Assembly: GCA_964577155.1 (NCBI GenBank)
Contig: CAZNYB010000005.1
Coordinates: forward strand, 1,429-65,428
Direction of reading: 5' to 3'
DNA from: an uncultured Thermomicrobiales bacterium
Lineage (GTDB): Bacteria; Chloroflexota; Chloroflexia; Thermomicrobiales; CFX8
DNA length: 64,000 nt
Position numbers and translations under genes: made by a program. This document shows, piece after piece, positions 18,646 to 29,044 of the stretch (the stretch's first letter is position 1; every line of letters starts with the position of its first letter). Below the pieces are notes generated by a model, which did no database searches, was not told the origin of the DNA, and saw only the letters and a program-made list of their open reading frames with translations.

Positions 18646-19863
18646 TTAAAGCCCGTGACCGAAATCGGCGGAGAAGGTGTATTCGTCCGGACTCCAGGGA
18701 GTTTTCCAGGAGTCATCATCGAAACGACTCAGCCTGAACGGCGCAAGGTCGACGAGCGATGAATGACCGTTGACGATGAGTTCGGCCATGGCTTGGCCGC
18801 TCGCCGGACCTTTCTTGAACCCTGCGCCACTGAAACCCGCCATGATATAGAGATTGTCTGGATGGGCAACCCGGTCGAGGATCGGGTGTGCATCCGGCGT
18901 CATATCGTAGATACCGGCATGACCGGACAGGTAGCTGGCCTGACTCATGGCGGGCATGCGATGGCAAAGCCGCTCGATTGCCGCACGGGCATAGCCGGAA
19001 TCCGGGCGTTCATCCCAGCCATCCGGAGCGACGACATCATGGAACTCGCCGCCGCCAATTCCGACCAGCGTCCGGTTTGGTCCCCAGTCGCGTAAAAATA
19101 TCCCGGCCGCGGTATCGACATAGGACATCGTTCCGCTGGCTGGCATGGCAAGTGGTCGGGTCACTATTGCCACCTGGACCCGGAGCGCCTCTACCGGCAC
19201 TGCAATTCCCAGGTTGGCGCAGAGGTCTGCTGACCAGGCGCCCGCCGCCAACACGACGGATTCTGCGTCAACCGGACCAGACGTGGTTTCAACGCCGGCT
19301 AGCCGTCCGCCAGCAGATCGCAACCCAGTTACCCGGCAACCTTCAACGATCCGGGCGCCACCACGGATAGCCGCTTCCGCCATCGAACGCGTTGCGGCGA
19401 CGGCATCAACGTAACCGGAGTCCGGCTCGTAGGCAGCCAGATCAATGTCATCGACATTCAAAAACGGCTGCAGTTCGTATAATTCGTCAGCAGAAATCAC
19501 CCGGGAGGTAATTCCGATCTCATTTTGCAGCGCGACGTTCCGCTGCAACCGTTCTCTATTGCCAGCATGCTCACCACGCGTGGCAACTGTAACGACGATT
19601 CCGGATTTCACAAATCCGCAATCCCCGCCGATGATTTCCGGCCAGTTAGCAAAGGTCTGGTAGCTCCTGTAGGCTAGCGTGGCTTCTGGCACGTTGGAGT
19701 AGTGCAGGCGCAACAACGCGCCGGTCTTGCCGCTTGCGCCAGCAGCCAGAGAGTGTCGTTCGAGAACGAGTACATCCGATACGCCAAGCTGTGTCAGCGC
19801 GTAAGCCAGGCTAACGCCCATGATCCCGCCACCGACAATGACCACTTCTGCCCGGTCGTTCAT
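18646..19863 (-). CDS. FAD-dependent oxidoreductase, DAO family (sarcosine/D-amino-acid/glycine oxidase-like)
   Basis: N-terminal VVIVGGGIMGVSLAYAL Rossmann dinucleotide motif, ~405 aa DAO-family layout. Confidence 0.8.
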   Translation of the reverse strand: MNDRAEVVIVGGGIMGVSLAYALTQLGVSDVLVLERHSLAAGASGKTGALLRLHYSNVPEATLAYRSYQTFANWPEIIGGDCGFVKSGIVVTVATRGEHAGNRERLQRNVALQNEIGITSRVISADELYELQPFLNVDDIDLAAYEPDSGYVDAVAATRSMAEAAIRGGARIVEGCRVTGLRSAGGRLAGVETTSGPVDAESVVLAAGAWSADLCANLGIAVPVEALRVQVAIVTRPLAMPASGTMSYVDTAAGIFLRDWGPNRTLVGIGGGEFHDVVAPDGWDERPDSGYARAAIERLCHRMPAMSQASYLSGHAGIYDMTPDAHPILDRVAHPDNLYIMAGFSGAGFKKGPASGQAMAELIVNGHSSLVDLAPFRLSRFDDDSWKTPWSPDEYTFSADFGHGL

Positions 19864-19944
19864 ACGCCTGATTTCCTTTTATATTGTTACGATCACATGG
19901 TATCCACTGTTTGTCCGTCGCAATGAATCGAAGAGAAGCATGCC

Positions 19945-20832
19945 ATGATTCTGGTGCCAGCAGATCGTTCGAGTTTTTCGTTTCGGCCTGACATTGAACC
20001 TGTGGCTATCGCAGAGCCAGATTGCGTCGTTCGGATGGAGACATCAGCAGCCCATATTGAACGATTATTTGACGCCGGACCGCACTGGGCAACACTCGTC
20101 AACACTCGTGAAATCAACGCCGTCACCGGACCAGTGTTCGTTTCAGGAGCTGAGCCAGGTGACGCGCTAGCGGTTGAGATTCTGGAGATTGAGACTCTTG
20201 ACTGGGGCTGGAACATGTGGCTGCCTGGATTTGGACTGCTTGGCCAGCAGGCGAAGCAGCCACAACTGCGCAGAATTCCTATTCACGACGACCGGGTCTG
20301 GCTGACCGGCGATGTCTCGGTGCCGCTCCGACCGATGATCGGCTGCCTGGGTGTCGCGCCTGCAGCCGGCGAATCATCAACCCTCGCCCCGCCATATCCG
20401 TGGGCTGGCAACTATGACCTCCCGCAAATACGCGCCGGAAACACCGTGCTCTTCCCGGTCCAGGCGCCAGGCGCACTCTTTTCACTTGGCGATCTTCATG
20501 CGGCGATGGGTTCCGGTGAGCCAACAAGCGTCGCGATTGAATGTTCGGGTGCAGCGACCATCCGCCTCGGATTGCGAAAAGGACTGGCGCTGTCTGCCCC
20601 TCGCATTGAATCTCCACACCGCGTCTACACAGTCGGCATCAGCGCCGATCGAGACTACCGGGTCGCGGCGCACCTTGCGACAGACCAGATGTTGAAGCTA
20701 CTCACGCACGACGCTGGCTATACCATTGAAGATAGTTATGTCATCTTTTCAGCTGCAGTTGATCTGGAGCTCGGCGGCCCGGCCGCTGCGGTTGTAACCG
20801 CGAGCATTGATCGCAACCTGGTCAGTATCTGA
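19945..20832 (+). CDS. Acetamidase/formamidase family protein
   Basis: GPVFVSGAEPGDALAVEILEIE block and ~295 aa length typical of the FmdA/AmdA family. Confidence 0.8.
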   Translation: MILVPADRSSFSFRPDIEPVAIAEPDCVVRMETSAAHIERLFDAGPHWATLVNTREINAVTGPVFVSGAEPGDALAVEILEIETLDWGWNMWLPGFGLLGQQAKQPQLRRIPIHDDRVWLTGDVSVPLRPMIGCLGVAPAAGESSTLAPPYPWAGNYDLPQIRAGNTVLFPVQAPGALFSLGDLHAAMGSGEPTSVAIECSGAATIRLGLRKGLALSAPRIESPHRVYTVGISADRDYRVAAHLATDQMLKLLTHDAGYTIEDSYVIFSAAVDLELGGPAAAVVTASIDRNLVSI

Positions 20833-20887
20833 TCAAATTCGTCTCGCCACGAATCCAATTATTGTGGATGTCAGAAGCCAGATAGGG

Positions 20888-21829
20888 CTAGTTGGCAGCC
20901 GGTTTTGCCCTGGCAACTTCTGGTTGAGCTGGAGGTGAAAATGTTGCGAGTACAACCCCGCCAATGATGCAAAGCCCTCCAGCGATCGTGACGGTGTGCA
21001 GGTGTTCACCAAGCAGGATCACGCTCGAAATCACGCCGACGACAGGAACAAGATAGAGGAAGGTTCCAGCACGCGATGCTGGAAGATACATCAAGCCAAT
21101 CGAGAACAACACCCCGGCTCCGATGGTCGCGCCACAGCTAATCAGCGCAACCGCCAGCCAGCCCGAAGCGTCAAGGTTTCCAAGCGCCGTGGCGAACCCG
21201 CTCGCCCCGAAAGGAAGGACGAATGGCAGCGAGAATATCGCACCCAGCAAGGCTATGCTTGCCGGTGGAATATCAGGGCCAAGATACGGTTTGACAATGA
21301 TCGAGTACAGGCCATACAGAAACGCTGCAAGAAAGACGAGACCGCAGCCAACCAGATAGCTTGGAGAGATGTTGATCTCATCGCCTCCGCCGGTGAGCGC
21401 GATTAGAGAACTCCCAAGCAACGCAATGGCCAACCCTGCCCACATTCTGGGGGATATATATTCCCGCAGCACCAGCGCGGCCAGCACGGCAATGATGACG
21501 GGCTGAGTGCCGAGTAACAGCGCCGCTACCCCTGCCTCAACGTAGTGTATCCCTATCACCAGAGGCACATTGAAACCGAGCATGCCGAAAATACCGAGGA
21601 TGATCGTTTTTAGCATCATCGACCGCGCCGGCATCGCAGGCCGAACCAGTCCGATCAGAAGCAGCGCAAACAACGCACCAAAACCAAACCTGGCCAGGAG
21701 GATCTGGCCGGAGTTCATATCGTCAATCAGGGAACGGGTTGCCGCTGGCACGAAGCCCCAGAGAGAAATCGTTCCGATCATCGCCAGTGTGCCGAGCAGT
21801 GCTTCAGCGGGACGCTCTCGGTTGCGCAT
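20888..21829 (-). CDS. EamA/DMT-family transporter
   Basis: Ten hydrophobic helices in two repeated halves. The ORF is open to TTG 21871 but ATG 21829 (MRNRERPAEALLG) precedes the first helix. Confidence 0.75.
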   Translation of the reverse strand: MRNRERPAEALLGTLAMIGTISLWGFVPAATRSLIDDMNSGQILLARFGFGALFALLLIGLVRPAMPARSMMLKTIILGIFGMLGFNVPLVIGIHYVEAGVAALLLGTQPVIIAVLAALVLREYISPRMWAGLAIALLGSSLIALTGGGDEINISPSYLVGCGLVFLAAFLYGLYSIIVKPYLGPDIPPASIALLGAIFSLPFVLPFGASGFATALGNLDASGWLAVALISCGATIGAGVLFSIGLMYLPASRAGTFLYLVPVVGVISSVILLGEHLHTVTIAGGLCIIGGVVLATFSPPAQPEVARAKPAAN

Positions 21830-21968
21830 CGAAGCTCTCCAGCGGCAACAGGCGAATCTGACACCTGCCAACTATGCCATGTTCTGACAGGCGAATTGCG
21901 GACCTTCGACCGGACAACAACCTGGCTATAATGCGCTGTTCACTGAAACAGTCGCTCGAACCCTGTGG

Positions 21969-22436
21969 TTACCTCGGAGGCAACGTATCCAGCAGGCCTT
22001 GATCACGCAAGAAATCAGTCAGCAACGGGATCTCAAAAAGCGCGTCCGTTTTGTCGTAGGCAAACCAGGCAAAGAGCAATGACAACACGAACGGCGGCAG
22101 AAACACCACCCAGAGCACGATCGCGCCGATACCGAGCGTCACCACGGTGCCGCAGATGAAGACAATCGCAGCAAAGAACGAGTAGACGAGCGATACGAGG
22201 TGAAACCCAAGCGCCTGTATCGAATGATCTCGTAACAGCGGCTTCTGTTTCGTCTCATCCAGAATCAGCACAATCAGCGCGACAAACCAGAAGATGTAGC
22301 CAAGGGCAGCCAGAATCCGATCGTTGGAATTGGCTCCGCCATCCGTCGTTTCAGATGGTATGCCCGGGTACTGACTGGAAGGCGGGGGATGACCCTCGGA
22401 ACGATCGGGGGGTTCGGGTTGTTGTTGATCGGACAC
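21969..22436 (-). CDS. Small membrane protein, DUF4870-like
   Basis: Pro/Gln-rich N-terminus followed by 3-4 TM helices. ILAALGYIFWFVALIVLILDETKQKPLLRDHSIQALGFHL resembles the DUF4870 pattern. Confidence 0.55.
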   Translation of the reverse strand: MSDQQQPEPPDRSEGHPPPSSQYPGIPSETTDGGANSNDRILAALGYIFWFVALIVLILDETKQKPLLRDHSIQALGFHLVSLVYSFFAAIVFICGTVVTLGIGAIVLWVVFLPPFVLSLLFAWFAYDKTDALFEIPLLTDFLRDQGLLDTLPPR

Positions 22437-22472
22437 AGGTTTCTCCCATCAATCATGGGTACAAGCTACCAG

Positions 22473-22973
22473 CTAGCTAACCTCTGCCAGTTCCTCAAAC
22501 GCTGAGTCCTGCGGTGTTTGTAGCACCTGAATCCCGCCCATTATGGCAGTAGTGGCAAGGTACAACACCGGTCCTTCTGCTACACCATCATCAGAATCTG
22601 TCAGGTCATCAATACCGCCGGCCATCGTCTTTTTTGTGATTTCAACGCGTACGTTGGTTGGAACGAAGAGCCTGACACCGCCGAAAATAGCCCGAACATC
22701 AAGACTCGCTCCCAGGGAATCGAGTTCAACGTCTCCAAGATCAAGATCAATACCGCCAAAAACAGCCCGGACTGTGCCGCCACGGAACTCGGTTGCGTTA
22801 CTCTTGAGCTGGATACCGTCCATAAACGCCAGTAGATCAAGCTCCTCGCTCTGCTCATCTCCGACGGATGGCATCTGCTTTCTAACGATCGTTCTCGCGA
22901 TCGTGGCGATGATGTTTATCAGCACGATGATGGCGAAGATTTTCAGAATTGCCTTTAACATACGCTCTCCCAT
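22473..22973 (-). CDS. LiaF-like (DUF2154) cell-envelope stress-associated membrane protein
   Basis: N-terminal TM helix followed by repeated GG(I/V)DLDL / FGGVRLFVP beta-repeat pattern as in LiaF C-terminal domains. Confidence 0.5.
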   Translation of the reverse strand: MGERMLKAILKIFAIIVLINIIATIARTIVRKQMPSVGDEQSEELDLLAFMDGIQLKSNATEFRGGTVRAVFGGIDLDLGDVELDSLGASLDVRAIFGGVRLFVPTNVRVEITKKTMAGGIDDLTDSDDGVAEGPVLYLATTAIMGGIQVLQTPQDSAFEELAEVS

Positions 22974-22999
22974 TCATATGTTGTAGTGGGTGAAGGCGG

Positions 23000-23548
23000 C
23001 TATTCGTCCTTCTTTGGATTGCAGGTCGTATACATCGCCAGCTCAACTTCATCCGCCAGGCTGAAACCGCCTCCCTCAAGCGGCTGCCCGGGAGAAAAGT
23101 CAAAGTCCGACCGTTTGATGGTCGCGTGTCCGTAAAACGCCGTTCTTGGATTGCCATCTGGCAGAATTTGAACGCCTTGCCAGGTCGTATCAAAGGTCAC
23201 GGGGACGGTTTTTCCGTGCATCGAGAGATCACCGGATACGTTAAACCGTTTGTCATTGACCGGCTCGACATGATTGCTAACGAATGTGGCGATTGGATAT
23301 TTCTCTACCTCAAAGTATCGCTCACCTTGCAAGGTCTCGTCTCTTCCGGAATTGTGGGTATCGATGGTGGAAACGTCAATTTCCGCCTTCACCGACGAAG
23401 CCGGGATGTTATCGGGATCAAATTCGATGCCTCCTCGCGTACCGCTGAACGCTCCCTTGATGGTTGAGACCTTCATGTGTCGTACGGTAAATTCAAAGGT
23501 TGAGTGCGCCGGATCGATGGTCCACGATGTTATCTTTGTAGCAGCCAC
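23000..23548 (-). CDS. YceI family polyisoprenoid-binding protein
   Basis: WTIDPAHSTFEFTVRHMKVSTIKGAF N-terminal signature, ~180 aa. Confidence 0.85.
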   Translation of the reverse strand: MAATKITSWTIDPAHSTFEFTVRHMKVSTIKGAFSGTRGGIEFDPDNIPASSVKAEIDVSTIDTHNSGRDETLQGERYFEVEKYPIATFVSNHVEPVNDKRFNVSGDLSMHGKTVPVTFDTTWQGVQILPDGNPRTAFYGHATIKRSDFDFSPGQPLEGGGFSLADEVELAMYTTCNPKKDE

Positions 23549-23557
23549 GGTTTCTAT

Positions 23558-25270
23558 CTACCCTTTCGACATTTCTTCAGCAACAGCCTTTAAATTATAC
23601 GGCGGCTGCGAAAAGTCACAGACTGCATCGATCACGAAGATGACATCACTGGCAAATCCACGCTCCAGAGCCTCACGCATCTGATCCGGATGTTCGACTC
23701 GCATGCCGTCTCCGCCAAACGATTTCGCGAAGGCGACAAAATCAGGACCGTTTAGCGCGGTCTCATGGGCTCTGCCGTATTTCGCCTGCTGCATCCAGAC
23801 GATCATCCCGTACTGGCGATCGTTCAATATGACGATAACCGGGTTCAATCCATATTCAACGGCTGTTGAAAACTCCGCACTCGCCATCAGGAAGCAGCCG
23901 TCACCGGTTACTCCGACGACCTTCTTTTCTGGAAATGCCAGCTTGGCCGCCATAGCCGCTGGCAGGCTGAAACCCATTGCTCCCCAGAATCCCTCGGAGA
24001 GAAAGGAGGTTCGATTGTGCGTTTCGACCAGCAACCGGGTCCACTGATTGTGCTCGCCAATATCTCCGAGTACGATGAGATCATCGTCGACATACTCGCG
24101 AATCGGCTCAAGCGCAACACTGTAGTGCATCGGACCATGTCCCTGGTAGTTGTTGCGGTATGACTTCAGCACGCCTTCCCGGATGCCTGCCTTTTCAACG
24201 GCAAGCCGCTGGCGTAGTTCATCATCTCCTTCCCGCTGCTGATCCCCAAGCACCTCGATCAACTGGTTGACGCCGATCTTGATATCAGCTACTGTCCCGG
24301 CCTGTGACCTGCTGTCCGCGCCTTCACCATCATTCCCCAGCCAGACTCCAACGACTGGCGCATCTGTCTCGTTGAACAGTTGATCAGCGTGCCCGGTGCC
24401 GCCGCGGAGACCGATTGCCAGCACAAGATCAGCATCTTTGAGCAACGATCGCTGAAATGGTGTCCTCTGGTAGAGGGATGGTTGCCCGGTGGAGAGCGGA
24501 TGGATATCCGGAAATCCGCCAGACGCGTCACCGGAAAGAATGACCGGCGCTTCCAGTAGTTCGGCCAGTTCGATCACTTCTTGTTCCGCATGGGCAGCCC
24601 GTACGCCTTTGCCGACCCAGATCAATGGCTGGTTTGAGCGCCGGACCTGCTCGGCGATTTCTTCTAACGCCGTCGGGTCGAGACGAACCGGAGCTATGTT
24701 CTGTGGGCGATACGCTTCCATCTCGAGGGCATCGGCAGTGAGAACATCCTCCGGAATCTCAATGTGAACTGGACCAGGCCGGCCGCTGGTCGCGATAGCA
24801 AACGCTTTGCTGAAGACAGACGGGATATCAGCCGGATCCTGTATCGAAACACTCCACTTAGTGACTTGCCCAAACATGGGCATCAGGAAGTCCTCGTTAT
24901 CGACGCCGTGAAATGATTCGAAACTCGCGCCACGAGGCACCGCGCCGCTGATGTGGATCATTGGGGAGGCGGCCATATACGCCTGAGCTACCCCGGTAAG
25001 TGAATTTGTGGCTCCCGGTCCAGCTGTCACCAGGCAGACGCCTGGTTTCCCAGTCAACCGGCCATATGCATCGGCCATGCCGCTCGCGCCACCCTCATGC
25101 TTGACGGTGATGTGCCGTATATCTGGCGCATCCGCCAGCGCGTCGTAAATGGCGATGACGTGGGAGCCGACTAGCCCGAAGACAACATCGACTCCCTCTG
25201 CTCGCAAAGCTTCAACGATTGCCTGGCCAGGTTTCTGTTTCACGGTTGTGCGTGATTCGGTTGCCGCCAT
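23558..25270 (-). CDS. Thiamine-pyrophosphate-dependent enzyme (acetolactate synthase large-subunit-like)
   Basis: GQAIVEALRAEGVDVVFGLVGSH N-terminal Pyr domain and GDGCFLMASAEF TPP-binding motif. ORF open to 25456 but ATG 25270 (MAATESRTT) fits family length. Confidence 0.8.
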   Translation of the reverse strand: MAATESRTTVKQKPGQAIVEALRAEGVDVVFGLVGSHVIAIYDALADAPDIRHITVKHEGGASGMADAYGRLTGKPGVCLVTAGPGATNSLTGVAQAYMAASPMIHISGAVPRGASFESFHGVDNEDFLMPMFGQVTKWSVSIQDPADIPSVFSKAFAIATSGRPGPVHIEIPEDVLTADALEMEAYRPQNIAPVRLDPTALEEIAEQVRRSNQPLIWVGKGVRAAHAEQEVIELAELLEAPVILSGDASGGFPDIHPLSTGQPSLYQRTPFQRSLLKDADLVLAIGLRGGTGHADQLFNETDAPVVGVWLGNDGEGADSRSQAGTVADIKIGVNQLIEVLGDQQREGDDELRQRLAVEKAGIREGVLKSYRNNYQGHGPMHYSVALEPIREYVDDDLIVLGDIGEHNQWTRLLVETHNRTSFLSEGFWGAMGFSLPAAMAAKLAFPEKKVVGVTGDGCFLMASAEFSTAVEYGLNPVIVILNDRQYGMIVWMQQAKYGRAHETALNGPDFVAFAKSFGGDGMRVEHPDQMREALERGFASDVIFVIDAVCDFSQPPYNLKAVAEEMSKG

Positions 25271-25480
25271 AGTATCCGGTTCTACCCTTCGTCTTGTTTC
25301 TGAGTCAGGCCGACCCCTCTTGATGCAGGAAGGCACAGACGCAACACGTCTTCGTGTGCATGCCAGCAGACAAGACAATAGCACGTCTGTTACTTGCGAG
25401 ATACCTCGAGGTGTACAGGAATACTGGCGGCGGAAATATGCTGGACCACGCGACATCCAGCCCCGAACAATAAATTCAAG

Positions 25481-25507
25481 CCTGTCATCACATGTGGAGC
25501 TGACAGG
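25481..25507 (-). terminator. Possible terminator hairpin after the flavodoxin-like gene
   Basis: CCTGTCA (25481-25487) pairs with TGACAGG (25501-25507). On the minus strand it is followed by T-rich CTTGAATTTATTGTT. Confidence 0.3.
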
Positions 25508-25531
25508 TGGAAAACGACGGAACCCGTCCGA

Positions 25532-26029
25532 TCAGGCTTCAGCAGGAATTACCATACTTGCGATCGAGGTTGCCCAGCCTTCGATCTCCGCCCAATCGCG
25601 ATAATCGCCGTCTGGAACGCGTAAGGCAAACACCATAGCGCGCTCCCGAAAGTTCAGCCTTTTGCGCTCGATGCGGCCGGCAAAGACTTTGTGATCTCTC
25701 GCGCCGGTGGCGTCAATGATCCCGGAAACATCAACCGGGTCTTCCTCAGGGCTCAGAGGATCGCCGACCGGTCCGCTTGAGAAGAGCCAGAGCGGTCTTT
25801 CAGCCAGTGTTTGTTTGTGCTCTTCAACAAAGTCTCGGGCCTCTTTGAGCCAGTGCCCCAGATACACCGCGCTTCCAACGACAGCCACATCATATTCTTC
25901 GACGGATGTCACCTGACCGACATCCAGAACCGTAACCGACAACCCTTCTCGAATGAGGACGCTTCCGATTCGCTCTGCTATTTCTGAGGTTGCGCCATAC
26001 TTGGACGCAACAGTGACAAGTGCTCTCAT
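25532..26029 (-). CDS. Flavodoxin-domain protein (HemG-like)
   Basis: MRALVTVASKYGATSEIAERI start typical of flavodoxin-like fold proteins. ORF open to 26086; ATG 26029 preferred. Confidence 0.7.
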   Translation of the reverse strand: MRALVTVASKYGATSEIAERIGSVLIREGLSVTVLDVGQVTSVEEYDVAVVGSAVYLGHWLKEARDFVEEHKQTLAERPLWLFSSGPVGDPLSPEEDPVDVSGIIDATGARDHKVFAGRIERKRLNFRERAMVFALRVPDGDYRDWAEIEGWATSIASMVIPAEA

Positions 26030-26215
26030 GCCTGGTACTCCATCTCTTATTGAAAACGCTTTTCGCCGCAGCATTTCCACCACCATCGTATAGGTCCACC
26101 AACGAAAACCGTATGGTTTTTGTCACAATACATAGCGAGCTACGCTTCCATCTTGTAGCAAACGAAAGTGAGACTGATCGGCGGATGGCTACGAGTTTTG
26201 AAATCGGAGTCTGGT

Positions 26216-26698
26216 ATGGCGCGGGTTGATACCGTGCAATTGCGTGAAGTTGAAGAGCGGGATCTGCCGGTGTTTTTTCGCCACCAACAGGATCCGGAAG
26301 CCAATCACATGGCCGCCTTCACCGCTAAAGATCCGAATGATCGGCAGGCATTTTTAGCGCACTGGTCCCGGATCATGAATCAGGAAACGATTACGATCCG
26401 GTCGATTCTCTACGAAGGACAGGTAGCTGGATACATCCTGGTTCATAACGATTTCGGAGAACCGGAGGTGAGCTACTGGATCGGAAAGGAATTCTGGGGA
26501 AAGGGCATCGCAACAAACGCATTGGCGGACTTTCTGTCTCAGATTTCCACCAGACCACTATACGGGCATGTAGCCAAAGACAACCTCGGATCGTATCGAG
26601 TGCTGGAAAAATGCGGGTTCAAACTCGTTGGCGAGGACAAAGGTTTCGCCAACGCCCGTGGCAAGGTCACCGAGGAATATGTCCTTGAGTTGAAGTGA
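26216..26698 (+). CDS. GNAT family N-acetyltransferase
   Basis: WGKGIATNALADFL acetyl-CoA (Q/RxxGxG/A-type) motif, ~160 aa. ATG 26216 preferred over the ORF-track start 26168. Confidence 0.8.
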   Translation: MARVDTVQLREVEERDLPVFFRHQQDPEANHMAAFTAKDPNDRQAFLAHWSRIMNQETITIRSILYEGQVAGYILVHNDFGEPEVSYWIGKEFWGKGIATNALADFLSQISTRPLYGHVAKDNLGSYRVLEKCGFKLVGEDKGFANARGKVTEEYVLELK

Positions 26699-26838
26699 TT
26701 GCCAGGATCGGATCTACTCGAACAACTGATTCGAGTCTACTTAGCATAATCCAGTTTATCGCTTCATCAACTCTTCATCTGCCCTCTGGATACTATACTC
26801 AAATGCAACCGGTTTTCTAATGATTGACAAGACGCCAG

Positions 26839-27513
26839 ATGAGAATCCTCATCGTTGAAGATGAAGAACGACTTGCCGGTCTCATCCGCACCCGTGCAAT
26901 GGCCGACGGCTACGCTGTCGACGCCGTGCATACAGGCGAAGACGCACTTGAGTTCGTCCGGTTTTCGAAATACGATGTCATCATACTCGACGTTATGCTT
27001 CCAGATATTGACGGTCTCCAGGTTTGCAGAACGCTGCGAAAACGGCAGATGCAGACACCGGTGCTGCTACTCACTGCCAAGGATGGCATTGATGACAGAG
27101 TCGCTGGACTGGACGCAGGCGCTGACGACTATCTGGTGAAACCATTCGCCTTCGCGGAGCTTTTCGCGCGACTTCGAGCCTTGACGCGGCGGCCTGCTGA
27201 AACGCTCAATCCCATTCTTGTCGTCGGCGATCTTCGATTGAACCCCGCAACCAGGACGGTATGGCGTGGTAAAGATGAATTCCAGTTGCCAAACAAAGAA
27301 TTCGGCATCCTCGAGACGCTCATGCGGCGACCGAACCAGGTCATGACCAGATCGATGATTGCCGAGCAGGTCTGGGATTATGATTTTGATTTGGTGACGA
27401 ATGTGATCGACGTGCATATCAGATCATTGCGCCGCAAGATTGACGATCCTTACCCGGACAAATACATCCAGACCGTTCGCGGCGTTGGCTACACAATGGC
27501 AATCGATGGCTAA
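26839..27513 (+). CDS. OmpR-family response regulator
   Basis: MRILIVEDEE receiver start, DVMLPDIDG phospho-acceptor Asp block, C-terminal winged helix (VRGVGY). Confidence 0.9.
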   Translation: MRILIVEDEERLAGLIRTRAMADGYAVDAVHTGEDALEFVRFSKYDVIILDVMLPDIDGLQVCRTLRKRQMQTPVLLLTAKDGIDDRVAGLDAGADDYLVKPFAFAELFARLRALTRRPAETLNPILVVGDLRLNPATRTVWRGKDEFQLPNKEFGILETLMRRPNQVMTRSMIAEQVWDYDFDLVTNVIDVHIRSLRRKIDDPYPDKYIQTVRGVGYTMAIDG

Positions 27514-28915
27514 GCGCGTACCGATCCGCTGGAGACTGACAGCCTGGTACACCCTGCTTTTGACCGCTATTTTGCTCGTTTTCGCAGTTGGATTTTATGT
27601 TGGCCAGCGTAGACTTCTCGTCGAATCGCTTGACACAACGCTTGACGCCCAGGCTGGGCTGACCTTTGCCTCGCTCGATGCCAGGGATACGACAGCCGGA
27701 GCCGGGACCGTTCAGATATCAAACCCTGAGGCGGGCGACCAGTTCATTGTCATTACCGATGAACATGGCCAGGTGTCCACCAGCAGTGGCACCGGGGTAG
27801 CAGCCGGACCGGCCGATCTGGAAGGAGTTGCCGCTGCACTCGAAGGCGAGACTTCAATACGCTGGGTTGTGGTTGGTGATCGGCGAATGCGAGTTCTCAG
27901 CCAGCCATTGCGAGGCAATGACGGCGCGATCTACGGCGCCCTGCAGATCGGCATTACTGACGAGGAGCTCACTGAGACGCTCGGCATCACGATTACCCTG
28001 GTGGCAATCCTGATTCCTATCGCCATCTTCGCATCTGGTCTCAGCGGTTACTGGTTTGCCAGACGAGCGTTGAAACCAGTCGACACGATCACCCAGCTGG
28101 CTGCGGGCATCGAGGCCGACGACCTGGAACAGCGGATCGATCTACCCCTCCCACAGGATGAAATCGGCCGGCTGGCACAGACGTTCAACAGTATGCTCGA
28201 TCGCATTCAGAACGCATTCAATCGACAGCGGCAGTTTGCCGCGGACGCTTCTCACGAGCTCCGAACACCGCTGACCCTGATGCGAAGTCAACTGGAGCTT
28301 GCTCTCAGCCAGAGCCGCGACCCGGAGATCGATCAGGCGACGCTGAACAGCCTTGCGACGGATGTCGACCGGCTGACCAGTATCGTCTCCGCGCTGCTCA
28401 CGTTGACCAGGGGTGATGTGGAACAGATACGGCTGGTTGTCGATCTGGTTAACGTCGATGAGGTAATCGACCTGATTGCCGAGCAGTATCAGATGCTCGC
28501 GAGCAGCCAGGGGGTACAGCTTCGCACAGAAACAGAACCGTTACAGATTCATGCCGATGAAGACCTGCTGATCCAGGTGCTGGTCAATCTGGTTGACAAC
28601 GCGTTGCGTCATACAGACAAAGGCAAAAAAGTGACGATTGGCTGCCGCTCCGACCGAACTGGCGCTGACATCTGGGTGGCTGACGAAGGCATCGGGATCG
28701 CAACCGAACATATGCCATACCTCTTCGACCGGTTTTACCGGGTCGACCAAAGCCGCAATCGCGCATCAGGCGGCATAGGGCTTGGGTTAAGTATCTGTAA
28801 AATGATCGTGGATGCTCACAACGGAACGATCGATATCGAAAGCGTTGTCAGCCAGGGAACGACGGTCCATATCTGGTTGCCGGACGTTGACCCGTCTGAC
28901 CGGCAAATCACTTAA
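27506..28915 (+). CDS. Sensor histidine kinase (two TM helices, HAMP, HisKA, HATPase_c), CusS/heavy-metal-sensor-like N-terminus
   Basis: IRWRLTAWYTLLL start and H-box ASHELRTPLT; N, G1 and G2 boxes present (DNALRHT, DEGIGI, GGIGLGLSI). ATG 27506 overlaps the regulator stop (ATGGCTAA). Confidence 0.9.
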   Translation: MAKRVPIRWRLTAWYTLLLTAILLVFAVGFYVGQRRLLVESLDTTLDAQAGLTFASLDARDTTAGAGTVQISNPEAGDQFIVITDEHGQVSTSSGTGVAAGPADLEGVAAALEGETSIRWVVVGDRRMRVLSQPLRGNDGAIYGALQIGITDEELTETLGITITLVAILIPIAIFASGLSGYWFARRALKPVDTITQLAAGIEADDLEQRIDLPLPQDEIGRLAQTFNSMLDRIQNAFNRQRQFAADASHELRTPLTLMRSQLELALSQSRDPEIDQATLNSLATDVDRLTSIVSALLTLTRGDVEQIRLVVDLVNVDEVIDLIAEQYQMLASSQGVQLRTETEPLQIHADEDLLIQVLVNLVDNALRHTDKGKKVTIGCRSDRTGADIWVADEGIGIATEHMPYLFDRFYRVDQSRNRASGGIGLGLSICKMIVDAHNGTIDIESVVSQGTTVHIWLPDVDPSDRQIT

Positions 28916-29044
28916 TTTCGCCTCGCCAGCCACGAACGCTTTGAAACCATCAAGTTGAACCAGCGCTCAACGCCGATTATGATGGTCGCAGAAAATATTA
29001 GGAAATGCTGATCAGATTAGCATGTAGTCCAGATAAGGAAACCG

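Noticed and set aside
25271-25456. 62-codon N-terminal extension of the TPP-enzyme ORF
   Set aside because: The extension is Arg/Cys/Ser-rich and absent from the family architecture. ATG 25270 (MAATESRTT) gives the expected N-terminus.
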